The translations under genes and the position numbers were made by a program. 64,000 bases of DNA from an uncultured Actinomycetota bacterium (GTDB lineage Bacteria > Actinomycetota > Humimicrobiia > Humimicrobiales > Humimicrobiaceae), in contig CAZRVN010000003.1 of the NCBI GenBank assembly GCA_964603595.1, positions 71,603 to 135,602 of the forward strand. The letters run 5' to 3'. The notes under the pieces are model-generated. The model searched no databases, was not told where the DNA came from, and saw nothing but the letters and a program-made list of their open reading frames with translations. Shown here piece by piece: positions 49,562 to 58,740 of this stretch; position 1 is the stretch's first letter, and each line of letters opens with the position of its first letter.

Positions 49562-50287
49562 TCAGCCTTCTTTCTTTAATACAATTATCATTGACATCTC
49601 TATTTTCTTAAACAATATATATTTTTCAAAGATTTTTAATAAAGGAACTAATTTGTTATATAAACTTAAAAATTTTTCATTGATAACGCTTCTCCTCAGG
49701 ATAAAACCGTTTAAAATCCATCCAAAAATTGCCGTAAAATTAAAATAATGTGATTCTATTAATTTAAATTCTGTATTTTTTAATATCCTGTCTATATCTT
49801 TTTTATTATATCTTCTCAGGTGGCCAACGCTTTTATCAATAATATTATACAGGTATTTATGGGCAGGAATCAGAAGGATAAGGTTTCCATTTGCGTTTAA
49901 GACATTATGTATATTCTGTATGACTTTAATATCATCTTTAATATGTTCTAAAACATTAATTGCAATGCATGTGTCAATATGAAAGTTACCGTCTGAAGAA
50001 TTCTTTATATTCTCCAGGTTAAAGTTTTCAACATAAACATTTTTAAAAGTTTTGTATCTGGATGATAATTTTTCCACGAAGGTTTCGTCAATATCAGATA
50101 AAATAACGCTGTTATTCCCGTTCTGGCTGATCAAGATTTTAGAAAAGCTGCCCAGACCCGAACCGATTTCAAGTACATCACCCTTTATAAAGGGCTTTAT
50201 TTCTTCATATATCCAGTCATAGAACCTGTTTGCTCTTTCTGAAAAAATCAGCTGGTTGTCTTTGCCTTCCGGTGAATATTCACTCAT
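49562..50287 (-). CDS. class I SAM-dependent methyltransferase
   Basis: VLEIGSGLGSFS motif I and VLEHIKD motif. 241 aa. Transcribed divergently from the ATP-grasp gene. Confidence 0.75.
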   Translation of the reverse strand: MSEYSPEGKDNQLIFSERANRFYDWIYEEIKPFIKGDVLEIGSGLGSFSKILISQNGNNSVILSDIDETFVEKLSSRYKTFKNVYVENFNLENIKNSSDGNFHIDTCIAINVLEHIKDDIKVIQNIHNVLNANGNLILLIPAHKYLYNIIDKSVGHLRRYNKKDIDRILKNTEFKLIESHYFNFTAIFGWILNGFILRRSVINEKFLSLYNKLVPLLKIFEKYILFKKIEMSMIIVLKKEG

Positions 50288-50726
50288 TTTTTTTAATTTA
50301 AATTAATTCTATATATTTTTACTTAAAATGGGCCTTAAATTCCTTGAGCCGATTTATTAATAAATAGATTTCTATCATTTTACCATTGTTTTTTGGTTTC
50401 ACAATAGAACTAATAAATTTTCGGAAAGATATTTTTATATAAAAAAATATATATAATATTTTATTGTGGCGGCAGCTAGTGATAGAATTTATAATATTAT
50501 TTTATTGCTAAATCAGGAAAAGTATCCGCGCCTGAATGAAAAAATGGATGCTTCTCATATTGCGGATTGCTGTTTTGGTTTTAAGCGAGGTTTTTTAATC
50601 TAAAGAGCTGATTTTACCTGCTTGTATATAATTATTTACCTTAGTTTTTAAAGGTTTAGTTTAATATTAATGCAGTAAGTGGCTATAATAGTAAGTATTA
50701 TGAATAGTTAGTTTATAAATAATTTA

Positions 50727-51878
50727 ATGGAATCTAAAAAAGTACTTATACTTGGGGTTACCCACCCCCAGATTGATGCGATATTATACTGCAGGAGAAT
50801 GGGATATGAAGTCCATGGCTTGAGTTATCACCGTGAAGGTATGGGTATACCTTATCTTGATTTTTTTGACAGGATTGATATAGCAGATAAAGATGGGGTT
50901 TTGGATTATGCCAGAGAGAATAAAGTAGACCTGATTTATTCAACCGGTTCGGATGTCGCTTTACCAACTGTTGCTTATGTGTCCAAAAAATTGAGTTTGC
51001 CCCGGGATATAACCTGTGACCAGGCAATGCTTTTAATTGATAAAAGCAACTTTAGAAGTTTTGCCCTTAAAAATGGCTTGAGCCCTGTTAAATTTAAAGT
51101 GGTTGAAAAACCAGGTGATTTTGAGGACTGGGATTATTTTCCAGCAATAATAAAGCCGGTTGACAGTCAGGGACAGCGGGGAGTCAGGAAGGTAGATAAC
51201 AGAAGGGAGATTGAAAAATATTTTCCCGTTGCCTTAGGGGAATCATTTAGCAAAAAGATAATAATCGAAGAATTTTTAGAGGGTAAGGAAATTAATATTT
51301 TAATATATATGTATAACGGGGAAGCCAGGTATAGTTTTGTAATTGACCGTGTACTGGTGGAAGAAACCATACCAGGGGGATATTCTGCCGGCATGCCGGT
51401 TGGTGTGGTAAAAAAACATATAGTTCCATCTTTTATACCGGAAGAGGACCAGAAAAAGATACGGAGGATTGCAGTTGAATTTATAAAGATGGCGGGCGTA
51501 AAATACGGTCCTGTTTATATACAGGGAAAATACAGGGATGGTGATTTTAAGCTTATTGAGGTTGCCCCAAGGTTAGATGGCGGGCATATCTGGAAAATAA
51601 TTAAATATAAATATGGTATTGATTTAATAAAAATTTGCTTTGACCGGCTCTTGGGAAAAATTAATTCAGGTGATGTATTCCCTCCAATAAGTGAAAAAGA
51701 TAATAAAAGGTATCAGATTGAATTCTTTCATCAGAAACCCGGCGAGGTTTTTAGGATACCCCCAGACTTTAAAAAAGATGAGTATCTCGAGTACAGTTTT
51801 TATTACAGGAATGGCGAAAAAGTGAAAATCTCAAATGGCCATTTTGAAAAAACCGGTTTCCGGATTACTGAAATATAA
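50727..51878 (+). CDS. ATP-grasp family ligase (carboxylate-amine ligase-like), copy 1
   Basis: Pre-ATP-grasp N-domain plus ATP-grasp core (…FPAIIKPVDSQGQRGVRKV…IIIEEFLEGKEINI…). 383 aa. Confidence 0.75.
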   Translation: MESKKVLILGVTHPQIDAILYCRRMGYEVHGLSYHREGMGIPYLDFFDRIDIADKDGVLDYARENKVDLIYSTGSDVALPTVAYVSKKLSLPRDITCDQAMLLIDKSNFRSFALKNGLSPVKFKVVEKPGDFEDWDYFPAIIKPVDSQGQRGVRKVDNRREIEKYFPVALGESFSKKIIIEEFLEGKEINILIYMYNGEARYSFVIDRVLVEETIPGGYSAGMPVGVVKKHIVPSFIPEEDQKKIRRIAVEFIKMAGVKYGPVYIQGKYRDGDFKLIEVAPRLDGGHIWKIIKYKYGIDLIKICFDRLLGKINSGDVFPPISEKDNKRYQIEFFHQKPGEVFRIPPDFKKDEYLEYSFYYRNGEKVKISNGHFEKTGFRITEI

Positions 51879-51971
51879 TATTTTTATTATAAAATTTAAA
51901 AAATATTATATAATTAAGTACTAATAAATTAATATAAAATCTAAAACTTTAAAAATAGGAGGGACTGCAAT

Positions 51972-52949
51972 ATGAAAAAATCGTTTGTTTTATTAGTTAT
52001 CGTAGCTGTATTTTCTATGTTTATATTCGGGGGTTGTGCTGGAAGTTCTCCGGAATCAAAAAAAGTAGTTGTTGCCCAGCAGTATGGCCTGGGGTATGCA
52101 CCTATTATGGTGATCCAGGAGAAAAAGCTGATTGAAAAGTATTATGAAGGTGCAGAGGTAGAGTGGGTTCAGCTTGGTTCAGGCGGTGCCATAAGAGAAG
52201 CTATGGCTGCAGGAACAGTGGATATAGGCAGTATGGGAGTCCCGCCTTTCCTTATATCATGGGATAAAGAATTGGGGTTCAGGGTTATATCGGCTCTCTG
52301 CAGGATGCCTCTTGGGCTTCAAACATACCATGAAGAGATAGAAACACTTGGTGACATAACACCTGATATGAAGATTGCCCTGCCGTCTCCGGGCAGCATC
52401 CAGCATATTCTTCTTTCTATGGCATGCGAGAAACAGCTGGGTGACCCGACTGCGCTGGATGACCAGATTATTGCCATGACTCACCCGGATGGTGCCAATG
52501 CGCTAATTAATAAAATTGAAATTGATGCCCATTATACTTCGCCGCCATATATTTTTATGGAATTAGAAACTGAAGGTATTCACCAGGTACTGGATGCAGA
52601 GGAAGACTGTTTTGAGGGACCTTTCACCTTCCTTGTAACCATAAGTACGGAAAAATTTAAGGAATCAAATCCTGAGCTTTTTACGGCAGTGGCAGATGCA
52701 CTGGATGAAGCAATTGTCTGGATAAACGAAAACCCTGATGAAGCTTCAGAGCTGCTGGCGGAAGGTATGGATATGGAAAAGGATGAAGTTTACAAACAGC
52801 TTACATGGACAGGAGTAGAATTTTCTAAAAATCCGGAAGGGATGCTTGAGTTTCTAGATTTCATGAAGGAATCTGGATATGTAGCGAAAACGACAGATGA
52901 TGTCTCCGAGCTTATCTGGGATAACCTTGATTACAAGGAAGCAAATTAA
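51972..52949 (+). CDS. ABC transporter substrate-binding lipoprotein, NMT1/SsuA/TauA-like (NitT/TauT family)
   Basis: Lipoprotein signal ending FGGC. Type-II periplasmic binding fold resembling sulfonate/nitrate/taurine binding proteins. Confidence 0.7.
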   Translation: MKKSFVLLVIVAVFSMFIFGGCAGSSPESKKVVVAQQYGLGYAPIMVIQEKKLIEKYYEGAEVEWVQLGSGGAIREAMAAGTVDIGSMGVPPFLISWDKELGFRVISALCRMPLGLQTYHEEIETLGDITPDMKIALPSPGSIQHILLSMACEKQLGDPTALDDQIIAMTHPDGANALINKIEIDAHYTSPPYIFMELETEGIHQVLDAEEDCFEGPFTFLVTISTEKFKESNPELFTAVADALDEAIVWINENPDEASELLAEGMDMEKDEVYKQLTWTGVEFSKNPEGMLEFLDFMKESGYVAKTTDDVSELIWDNLDYKEAN

Positions 52950-52977
52950 TATATAAGTAAAAGTAAAAAAGATAAAT

Positions 52978-53811
52978 ATGAAAGAAATAAATCCGGATTA
53001 TAAAAACCATAGTAAAATACGGCTGGCATTATCCAGTAAAAATTTAAGGGAGCTATGGATAAAAATAGGATTTATAGTAGGTGTTATGATTATATGGGAA
53101 GTAATTGCCCGTTTTGGCAGAGTTTCTTCTACACTGTTCCCACCGATATCTACTATTGGCATAGCCCTGTGGGATAATATTATAACAGGGGAGATTCTGG
53201 AGCATCTTTTATATTCGCTTTACCTTATTTTTATAGGAATAGGCATAGGGATTGTGCTAACCTTTATCCTGACTGTGCTTTATATGATCTATAAACCATT
53301 TGCGAATATACTGGATATAGTTATATCTATTATGCACCCCCTGCCAGGAATTGCGCTGCTGCCTATTATTATGTTGATAGTCGGTCTGGGGGCTAAGGCC
53401 ATAGTAATAGTAATTATACAGTCTGTAATATGGCCTGTTATGGTTAATTCAATTGCAGGATTCCGGTCTATACCAATTACCCAGGTAGAGTTGGGAAGAA
53501 ATATCGGTATGTCTGAATTACGGCTGGTATGTTCCGTTATGATTCCAAATGCTTTTCCACATATTTTTGCAGGTTTAAAGATTGCATGGTCAAGGAGCTG
53601 GAGAGCACTTATTGGTGCAGAAATGATTTTCGGCGCCACCGGGCTGGTAGGAGGACTTGGCTGGTATATTTATAAAAAAAGATATTTTTTGGAAATACCT
53701 GATGTTTTTGCGGGGCTTCTGGTAATCGTGGCTATTGGAATTATTGTAGAAGAAGTAGTAATGAAACAAATTGAAAAGAGGACCATAGTAAAATGGGGAG
53801 TAACTGTTTGA
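52978..53811 (+). CDS. ABC transporter permease (NitT/TauT family, BPD_transp_1)
   Basis: Six TMs with an EAA-like loop (…AWSRSWRALIGAEMIF…). Confidence 0.8.
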   Translation: MKEINPDYKNHSKIRLALSSKNLRELWIKIGFIVGVMIIWEVIARFGRVSSTLFPPISTIGIALWDNIITGEILEHLLYSLYLIFIGIGIGIVLTFILTVLYMIYKPFANILDIVISIMHPLPGIALLPIIMLIVGLGAKAIVIVIIQSVIWPVMVNSIAGFRSIPITQVELGRNIGMSELRLVCSVMIPNAFPHIFAGLKIAWSRSWRALIGAEMIFGATGLVGGLGWYIYKKRYFLEIPDVFAGLLVIVAIGIIVEEVVMKQIEKRTIVKWGVTV

Positions 53812-53812
53812 A

Positions 53813-54577
53813 ATGCGTAAGGTTTTGGAAGTTGAAGGTTTAAATAAAAGCTTCAGGATGAATAAAAAGAATATTCATGTATTGAATAATATATCTTTGT
53901 CACTTATAAAAAGAGACTTTTTAACCGTACTGGGCCCTTCGGGATGCGGGAAATCAACTCTTATAAGATGTATCTGTTGTTTCGAAAAGATTGACGGCGG
54001 TGTAATTAAAGTTGATGGAATGCTGGTAACCAGGCCCGGACCTGACCGGCTAATGGTTTTTCAGGAGTTTAATCAGCTTTTTCACTGGAAAACTGTCTGG
54101 GAGAATATTATTTATCCGCTTAATTTGAATCACAGGAATAAAACAAAAAAAGAAAGAGAAGAGATTGCCAGTAAATTTCTGGAGATGGTTAATTTAAAGG
54201 ATTTTAAAAATGCTTATCCCAGGCAGCTCTCCGGAGGAATGTGCCAGAGGGTTGCCATTGCAAGGGCTCTTGCAATCGGGCCTAAGATTCTGCTGATGGA
54301 TGAACCGTTCGGCGCACTGGATGCCCAGACAAGGAGCATTCTGCAGAAAGAACTGATGGATATATGGAATAAGACAGATATAACAATTATATTTATTACC
54401 CATAATATCCAGGAATCTATCCTTCTGGGAAATAAGATAATGGTACTTTCGCGGATTCCTGCGGCTATCAAGGTATTGGTTGATAATACCATACCATTTC
54501 CAAGAATGCCGGAAACCCCTGAATTTATGGATTTATGGAAGGAGCTTTATTCTACACTGGATGTTAAGAGATTTTAA
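53813..54577 (+). CDS. ABC transporter ATP-binding protein (SsuB/TauB-like)
   Basis: Walker A GPSGCGKST, signature LSGGMCQRVAIARAL and Walker B LLMDEP. Starts 2 nt after the permease. Confidence 0.9.
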   Translation: MRKVLEVEGLNKSFRMNKKNIHVLNNISLSLIKRDFLTVLGPSGCGKSTLIRCICCFEKIDGGVIKVDGMLVTRPGPDRLMVFQEFNQLFHWKTVWENIIYPLNLNHRNKTKKEREEIASKFLEMVNLKDFKNAYPRQLSGGMCQRVAIARALAIGPKILLMDEPFGALDAQTRSILQKELMDIWNKTDITIIFITHNIQESILLGNKIMVLSRIPAAIKVLVDNTIPFPRMPETPEFMDLWKELYSTLDVKRF

Positions 54578-54652
54578 TTAATATGGATTAATTTATAAAA
54601 ATTATTATTTGATAAGCAATATGTCTTTAAAGATAAATTAAATATAAGTCTT

Positions 54653-55618
54653 TTGGTTGGGAGTCAAGAGAATAGAATGTGTGATTTAAGTATTATTGTT
54701 CCTGTTTATAATTCAGAAAAAACAATAGGTGAAGTTGCCAGGCAGATTAAGAAAGCGCTGGATAGTAAGCTTGAATTTGAATTAATAATGGTAAATGATG
54801 GAAGTGCTGATTCCAGCTATAGAAAATGCAGAGAGCTTTTAGAATCAAATAATTTTATAAAATTTATAGATCTTTCCAAGAATTTTGGTCAGCACAATGC
54901 CATACTTGCAGGCCTTGGCTTTGCCAGGGGGGAATTTATAGCTGTTATGGATGATGACCTCCAGTCTCCTCCTGATAAAATATGGAAGTTAATAAATAAA
55001 ATAAGGGAGGGGTATGATGTTGTCTATGCTAATTACATTTACAAAAAACACAATCCGTTGAGGAACCTCGGAAGTAAAATTAATGGCCTGATGGAAACAA
55101 TTTTGCTTAAAAAACCAAAGGGTATAAAAACTTCCAGTTATTTTATAATAAGGAAATATATAGCAAAAGAGGTAATTAAATATAAGGGTCCTTATCCCTA
55201 TTTGGCCGGGTTGATTTTAAGGATTACAAATAATATAGGGATTGTTAATGTCGATCATAAAGAAAGACCATACGGAAAGTCTAATTACAGTTTTATAAAG
55301 CTATTAAAATTATGGGTCAACGGGTTTACTAATTTTTCTGTAAAACCACTGAGGATAGCATTGTTTATGGGCATGTTCCTGGCTTTTGCTGGATTTGCAT
55401 TATCTATCTTTTTTATAATAAGGAAGTTTATGAATCCAGAAATAGCAATTGGTTGGACTTCAATTATTGTAGCGGTATTTTTATTTTCCGGGATTCAATT
55501 AATCTCGGTAGGTTTGATTGGGGAATATGTGGGAAGGAGTTTTTTGTCCCTAAACAAGCAGCCGCAGTATGTGATTAAAGAAAAATATAACGTAGAAGAG
55601 CAAAAAAAAATTAAATAA
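54653..55618 (+). CDS. GT2 polyprenyl-phosphate sugar synthase (GtrB/ArnC/DPM1-like) with C-terminal TM pair
   Basis: LSIIVPVYNSEKTI…LIMVNDGSADSS is the GT2 domain. Two C-terminal TMs (…ALFMGMFLAFAGFALSIFFII… and …IIVAVFLFSGIQLISVGLIGEYVGR) are typical of GtrB/ArnC. Confidence 0.8.
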   Translation: MVGSQENRMCDLSIIVPVYNSEKTIGEVARQIKKALDSKLEFELIMVNDGSADSSYRKCRELLESNNFIKFIDLSKNFGQHNAILAGLGFARGEFIAVMDDDLQSPPDKIWKLINKIREGYDVVYANYIYKKHNPLRNLGSKINGLMETILLKKPKGIKTSSYFIIRKYIAKEVIKYKGPYPYLAGLILRITNNIGIVNVDHKERPYGKSNYSFIKLLKLWVNGFTNFSVKPLRIALFMGMFLAFAGFALSIFFIIRKFMNPEIAIGWTSIIVAVFLFSGIQLISVGLIGEYVGRSFLSLNKQPQYVIKEKYNVEEQKKIK

Positions 55619-55699
55619 TAGAGATAAAATAGATGGAAATCTTCACCCTAATATGATTTTTAAATGTCTATAAGAATTATAATTACATAAGCTATAATT

Positions 55700-57403
55700 A
55701 TGACATCTACCAAAAATGATAGTTTAAAGCCAGAGAATACTGGTAAAAAACTATCAAATTTTTTTTCAAAACCAATTTATGTCTTTATCATATCTATAAT
55801 TATTAATTCGTTATTATTTGCTTTATTTTTTTGTTTTGTTACGCCAAGGTTCCGGACTAATGATGATATTGCTATGATGGAATTTGCATCGGGCAGGATA
55901 AGCGGGCAACCCGGTGAATACCTGATTTATATCAATATTATAATAGGGAAATTACTTTCGTTTTTGTATTTGAGCTTTCCGGAGATTAACTGGTATCCGG
56001 TACTTTTTTATTTTATTCATTTTTTATCAATGACAGTTATATTTTATTGCCTGCTGCTAAAGAAAAAAAATATTTACGCTGTCCCAATTTATCTTTTATT
56101 ATTTTGCTTTTTAGAACTATACATGCTTGCGAATCTGCATTTTACAACAACAGCTTTCATTGCAGGACTGGCAGGTATTATCCTATTTTTTAAATATATT
56201 GATACAAAAGGGGCAAAATTTTACACTGCAATAGCAGGAAGTATCTTACTGCTGGCAGTTTCCGGGCTTATTAGAAAAAATGTATTCTATCTGGTGCTGG
56301 GGCTGTCTGCAGGGATGCTTGCATTAAAGTTTATAAAGAGGAAATCCTGGAAAATACCGGCGATACTGGTAATTATGCTGCTGGTGTTTGGCTTATTTAA
56401 TTTAATTAATGATTATTATTACCAGAAAGACGAGGACTGGAGTTTTTACCAGGAATATAATAAGTATATTGGAAAAATTTGCGGTTACCCTGATTTTAAT
56501 TACAGTGACAGAAATAGCAACGTCTATAATAGCGTGGGCTGGAGCAAAAATGATGTTAGTATGCTCAGGTCATGGTTTTTTTGTGACCTTGAGCTGTATT
56601 CTATGGAGAAGCTTGATTATGTAGTATCCAATATTAAGGTAGACAGGGGGGCAGGAGAGGTCTTTGGAATCCTCGGAAGAGAATTTGCTAAATTAGATAT
56701 AAAAGTTAAGTGGTTTACCGGTTTTTTTCTGGCCATTGCCCTTTTGCTATCCGACAGAAAAAAGAATAAATATATTTTTTCAGTAATATTTTGTTCTTTT
56801 ATAATGTCAGTTTATCTTTCTTATACGGGAAGACTTACGGACTGGGTTTTTTCTCCAATATTCATTTTTAATTGTGTTATAGCTGCTTTTTTTATTTGTA
56901 ATGAAAATGCAGACAGGAGTTTTAAAGTATTAAACAAAACAATTTTCCGGTTAATAGTGCTGGCAATATGCCTGGTGCTTGTCATCTTTACATTTATATC
57001 AGTATCAAAATACAGCAAAATAAATGAGGTAAAGCAGCAGCAACTGGAGCAGGTAATTGAGAAATTAAAAGGAGAAGACGACAGGATATATGTGAGCTGG
57101 GGAGCTACAGGCCTCCGTGATAAAGTTATATTTTTCTCTACTGATGAGTTAAAGAATTATCCTGGTACGATACAGCTTGGCTGGAGGGTTCATACTCCTT
57201 ATTACAACAGTACACTGGAAGGATATTCCGTTGATAACATATATACAGCAATCGTTGAAAGGGATGATATCTTTATGATTTGCAGAGAAGGCGGGGTTAA
57301 TATATTTAGTACTTTTATGTCCGAGCATTACGATAGAACTGTATCGGCTTCTCTTGTTTATGAAGTGGAGGACTTTCCGGTAAATGTGTATAAATTTAAA
57401 TGA
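55700..57403 (+). CDS. polytopic membrane protein with C-terminal soluble domain, possible GT-C-like transferase
   Basis: 567 aa, about 10 TMs. First loop has the acidic motif PRFRTNDDIAMMEF. C-terminal ~150 aa are hydrophilic. Confidence 0.35.
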   Translation: MTSTKNDSLKPENTGKKLSNFFSKPIYVFIISIIINSLLFALFFCFVTPRFRTNDDIAMMEFASGRISGQPGEYLIYINIIIGKLLSFLYLSFPEINWYPVLFYFIHFLSMTVIFYCLLLKKKNIYAVPIYLLLFCFLELYMLANLHFTTTAFIAGLAGIILFFKYIDTKGAKFYTAIAGSILLLAVSGLIRKNVFYLVLGLSAGMLALKFIKRKSWKIPAILVIMLLVFGLFNLINDYYYQKDEDWSFYQEYNKYIGKICGYPDFNYSDRNSNVYNSVGWSKNDVSMLRSWFFCDLELYSMEKLDYVVSNIKVDRGAGEVFGILGREFAKLDIKVKWFTGFFLAIALLLSDRKKNKYIFSVIFCSFIMSVYLSYTGRLTDWVFSPIFIFNCVIAAFFICNENADRSFKVLNKTIFRLIVLAICLVLVIFTFISVSKYSKINEVKQQQLEQVIEKLKGEDDRIYVSWGATGLRDKVIFFSTDELKNYPGTIQLGWRVHTPYYNSTLEGYSVDNIYTAIVERDDIFMICREGGVNIFSTFMSEHYDRTVSASLVYEVEDFPVNVYKFK

Positions 57404-58733
57404 AACAGCAGCGGATTTCATGCATATTTTTAAAAAAGAAATGAATAAAAAGGATAATATTATAAGAAATATAAGAAAAAATTTTATAGGCAGGAAGTTA
57501 AAAATATCTGCTATATTTTTATTTTTTGCTTTGCTGGTTGCTTCAATTGTTCTAAAGAATTTTTTAAATGTTGAAGCCTATTATTACCCGGCTTTTTTTG
57601 TTATTTTAATCTTTTTTTTATACCTCTGTTTTGAATTCGGATATAAAATATTTATATGGTTTTCCCTTATTTTAATGTTACTGGTTTTTCTTTTTATTTT
57701 AATTGATGAAAATCCTCTGTCAGAATTATCCGGGATATATGCTTATATTTTCCTGGGCTTAGGGGTGGCCGGTCTTCTTTTAGACTATGTAAGGGAAAAA
57801 GTTAAAAAAAATAGTCTTCATTTTAAGAATTATAAATTAATTTTATTATTTATTTTAATACTGGTAGTAATATCCCCATTTATTTTATATAGAAGTTATC
57901 TGCCCCATCTACCGGGTATTATTAAAAATATAAGTTACTATTATAAAAGGGATAGTATAAAGTTAGATGGCATTGAATTATCGGAGAATATAATAATTAA
58001 TGTAGAGTATCCTGAAAAAGATGTGATACATAAAGGGATAGCTAGAATTTCCGGATGGGCGGTCGGGGGCAATTCATCGGACGGTCCCGGTATAGATGAA
58101 ATTGAAGTTTTTATTGATGGCAAGCCCGGTATAGGAAAGCGTATTAATTTAGATTCTATCACTATAGAAGAGGGCCCGCCGGCTCGTGAGCTGGTAGAAA
58201 AATTTTACAGTGGTTGCTATGGCAGTAGTCCTGATGAAGAGACACTGGATTACTGGGTTGCAGAAATAGAATCAGGCAATGCCTCTTTTGATGATATGTT
58301 TAAAGATTTTATTTTAGATGAGGAATTTAAAAATAAAAATTTAAGTGATGAGGAATACGTAAATTTGCTGTACGGGTTACTGCTGAATAGAGAAGCTGAT
58401 AAAAATGGTCTCAATTACTGGCTAAATGAATTGAATGAAGAGAAGGATAGGGATATCATATTATATGATTTCTTGAATTCATTTGAGTATAGGGGTTTAT
58501 GCAGGAGATATTATAATGATATATCTGAATATCTTGTTTATGCGAACACAGGCATTAATTTAAAAAAGGAAGATATCGGCGATGAGTATGGAGAACAATT
58601 TGAAATGAGCGGGTTTAATTTCCTGTTTGATAGCAGGGAATTTAAAAATGGAAAGCATACCCTGTATATCTATGCACATTCCCCTGAGTTTGGGTGGGAT
58701 TATGAGATGGTGGAGATAAATATCGAAAATTAA
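57384..58733 (+). CDS. membrane protein with extracytoplasmic domain split by an inserted DUF4214 module
   Basis: About five TMs. The N-half of the shared domain is …ARISGWAVGG…IDEIEVFIDGKPG…. The DUF4214-like segment (FYSGCYG…DYWV…GLNYWLNEL…) lies at ≈58175-58520. The C-half of the domain is …DIGDEYGEQFEMSGFNFLFDSREFKNGKHTLYIYAHSPEFGWDYEMVEINIEN. Confidence 0.5.
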   Translation: MCINLNETAADFMHIFKKEMNKKDNIIRNIRKNFIGRKLKISAIFLFFALLVASIVLKNFLNVEAYYYPAFFVILIFFLYLCFEFGYKIFIWFSLILMLLVFLFILIDENPLSELSGIYAYIFLGLGVAGLLLDYVREKVKKNSLHFKNYKLILLFILILVVISPFILYRSYLPHLPGIIKNISYYYKRDSIKLDGIELSENIIINVEYPEKDVIHKGIARISGWAVGGNSSDGPGIDEIEVFIDGKPGIGKRINLDSITIEEGPPARELVEKFYSGCYGSSPDEETLDYWVAEIESGNASFDDMFKDFILDEEFKNKNLSDEEYVNLLYGLLLNREADKNGLNYWLNELNEEKDRDIILYDFLNSFEYRGLCRRYYNDISEYLVYANTGINLKKEDIGDEYGEQFEMSGFNFLFDSREFKNGKHTLYIYAHSPEFGWDYEMVEINIEN

Positions 58734-58740
58734 ATTAAAG

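Noticed and set aside
51972-54577. ABC transporter as the polysaccharide (Wzm/Wzt-type) exporter
   Set aside because: It has a lipoprotein substrate-binding protein and a NitT/TauT-type permease/ATPase, which is importer architecture. Wzm/Wzt exporters lack an SBP and have a different permease family.
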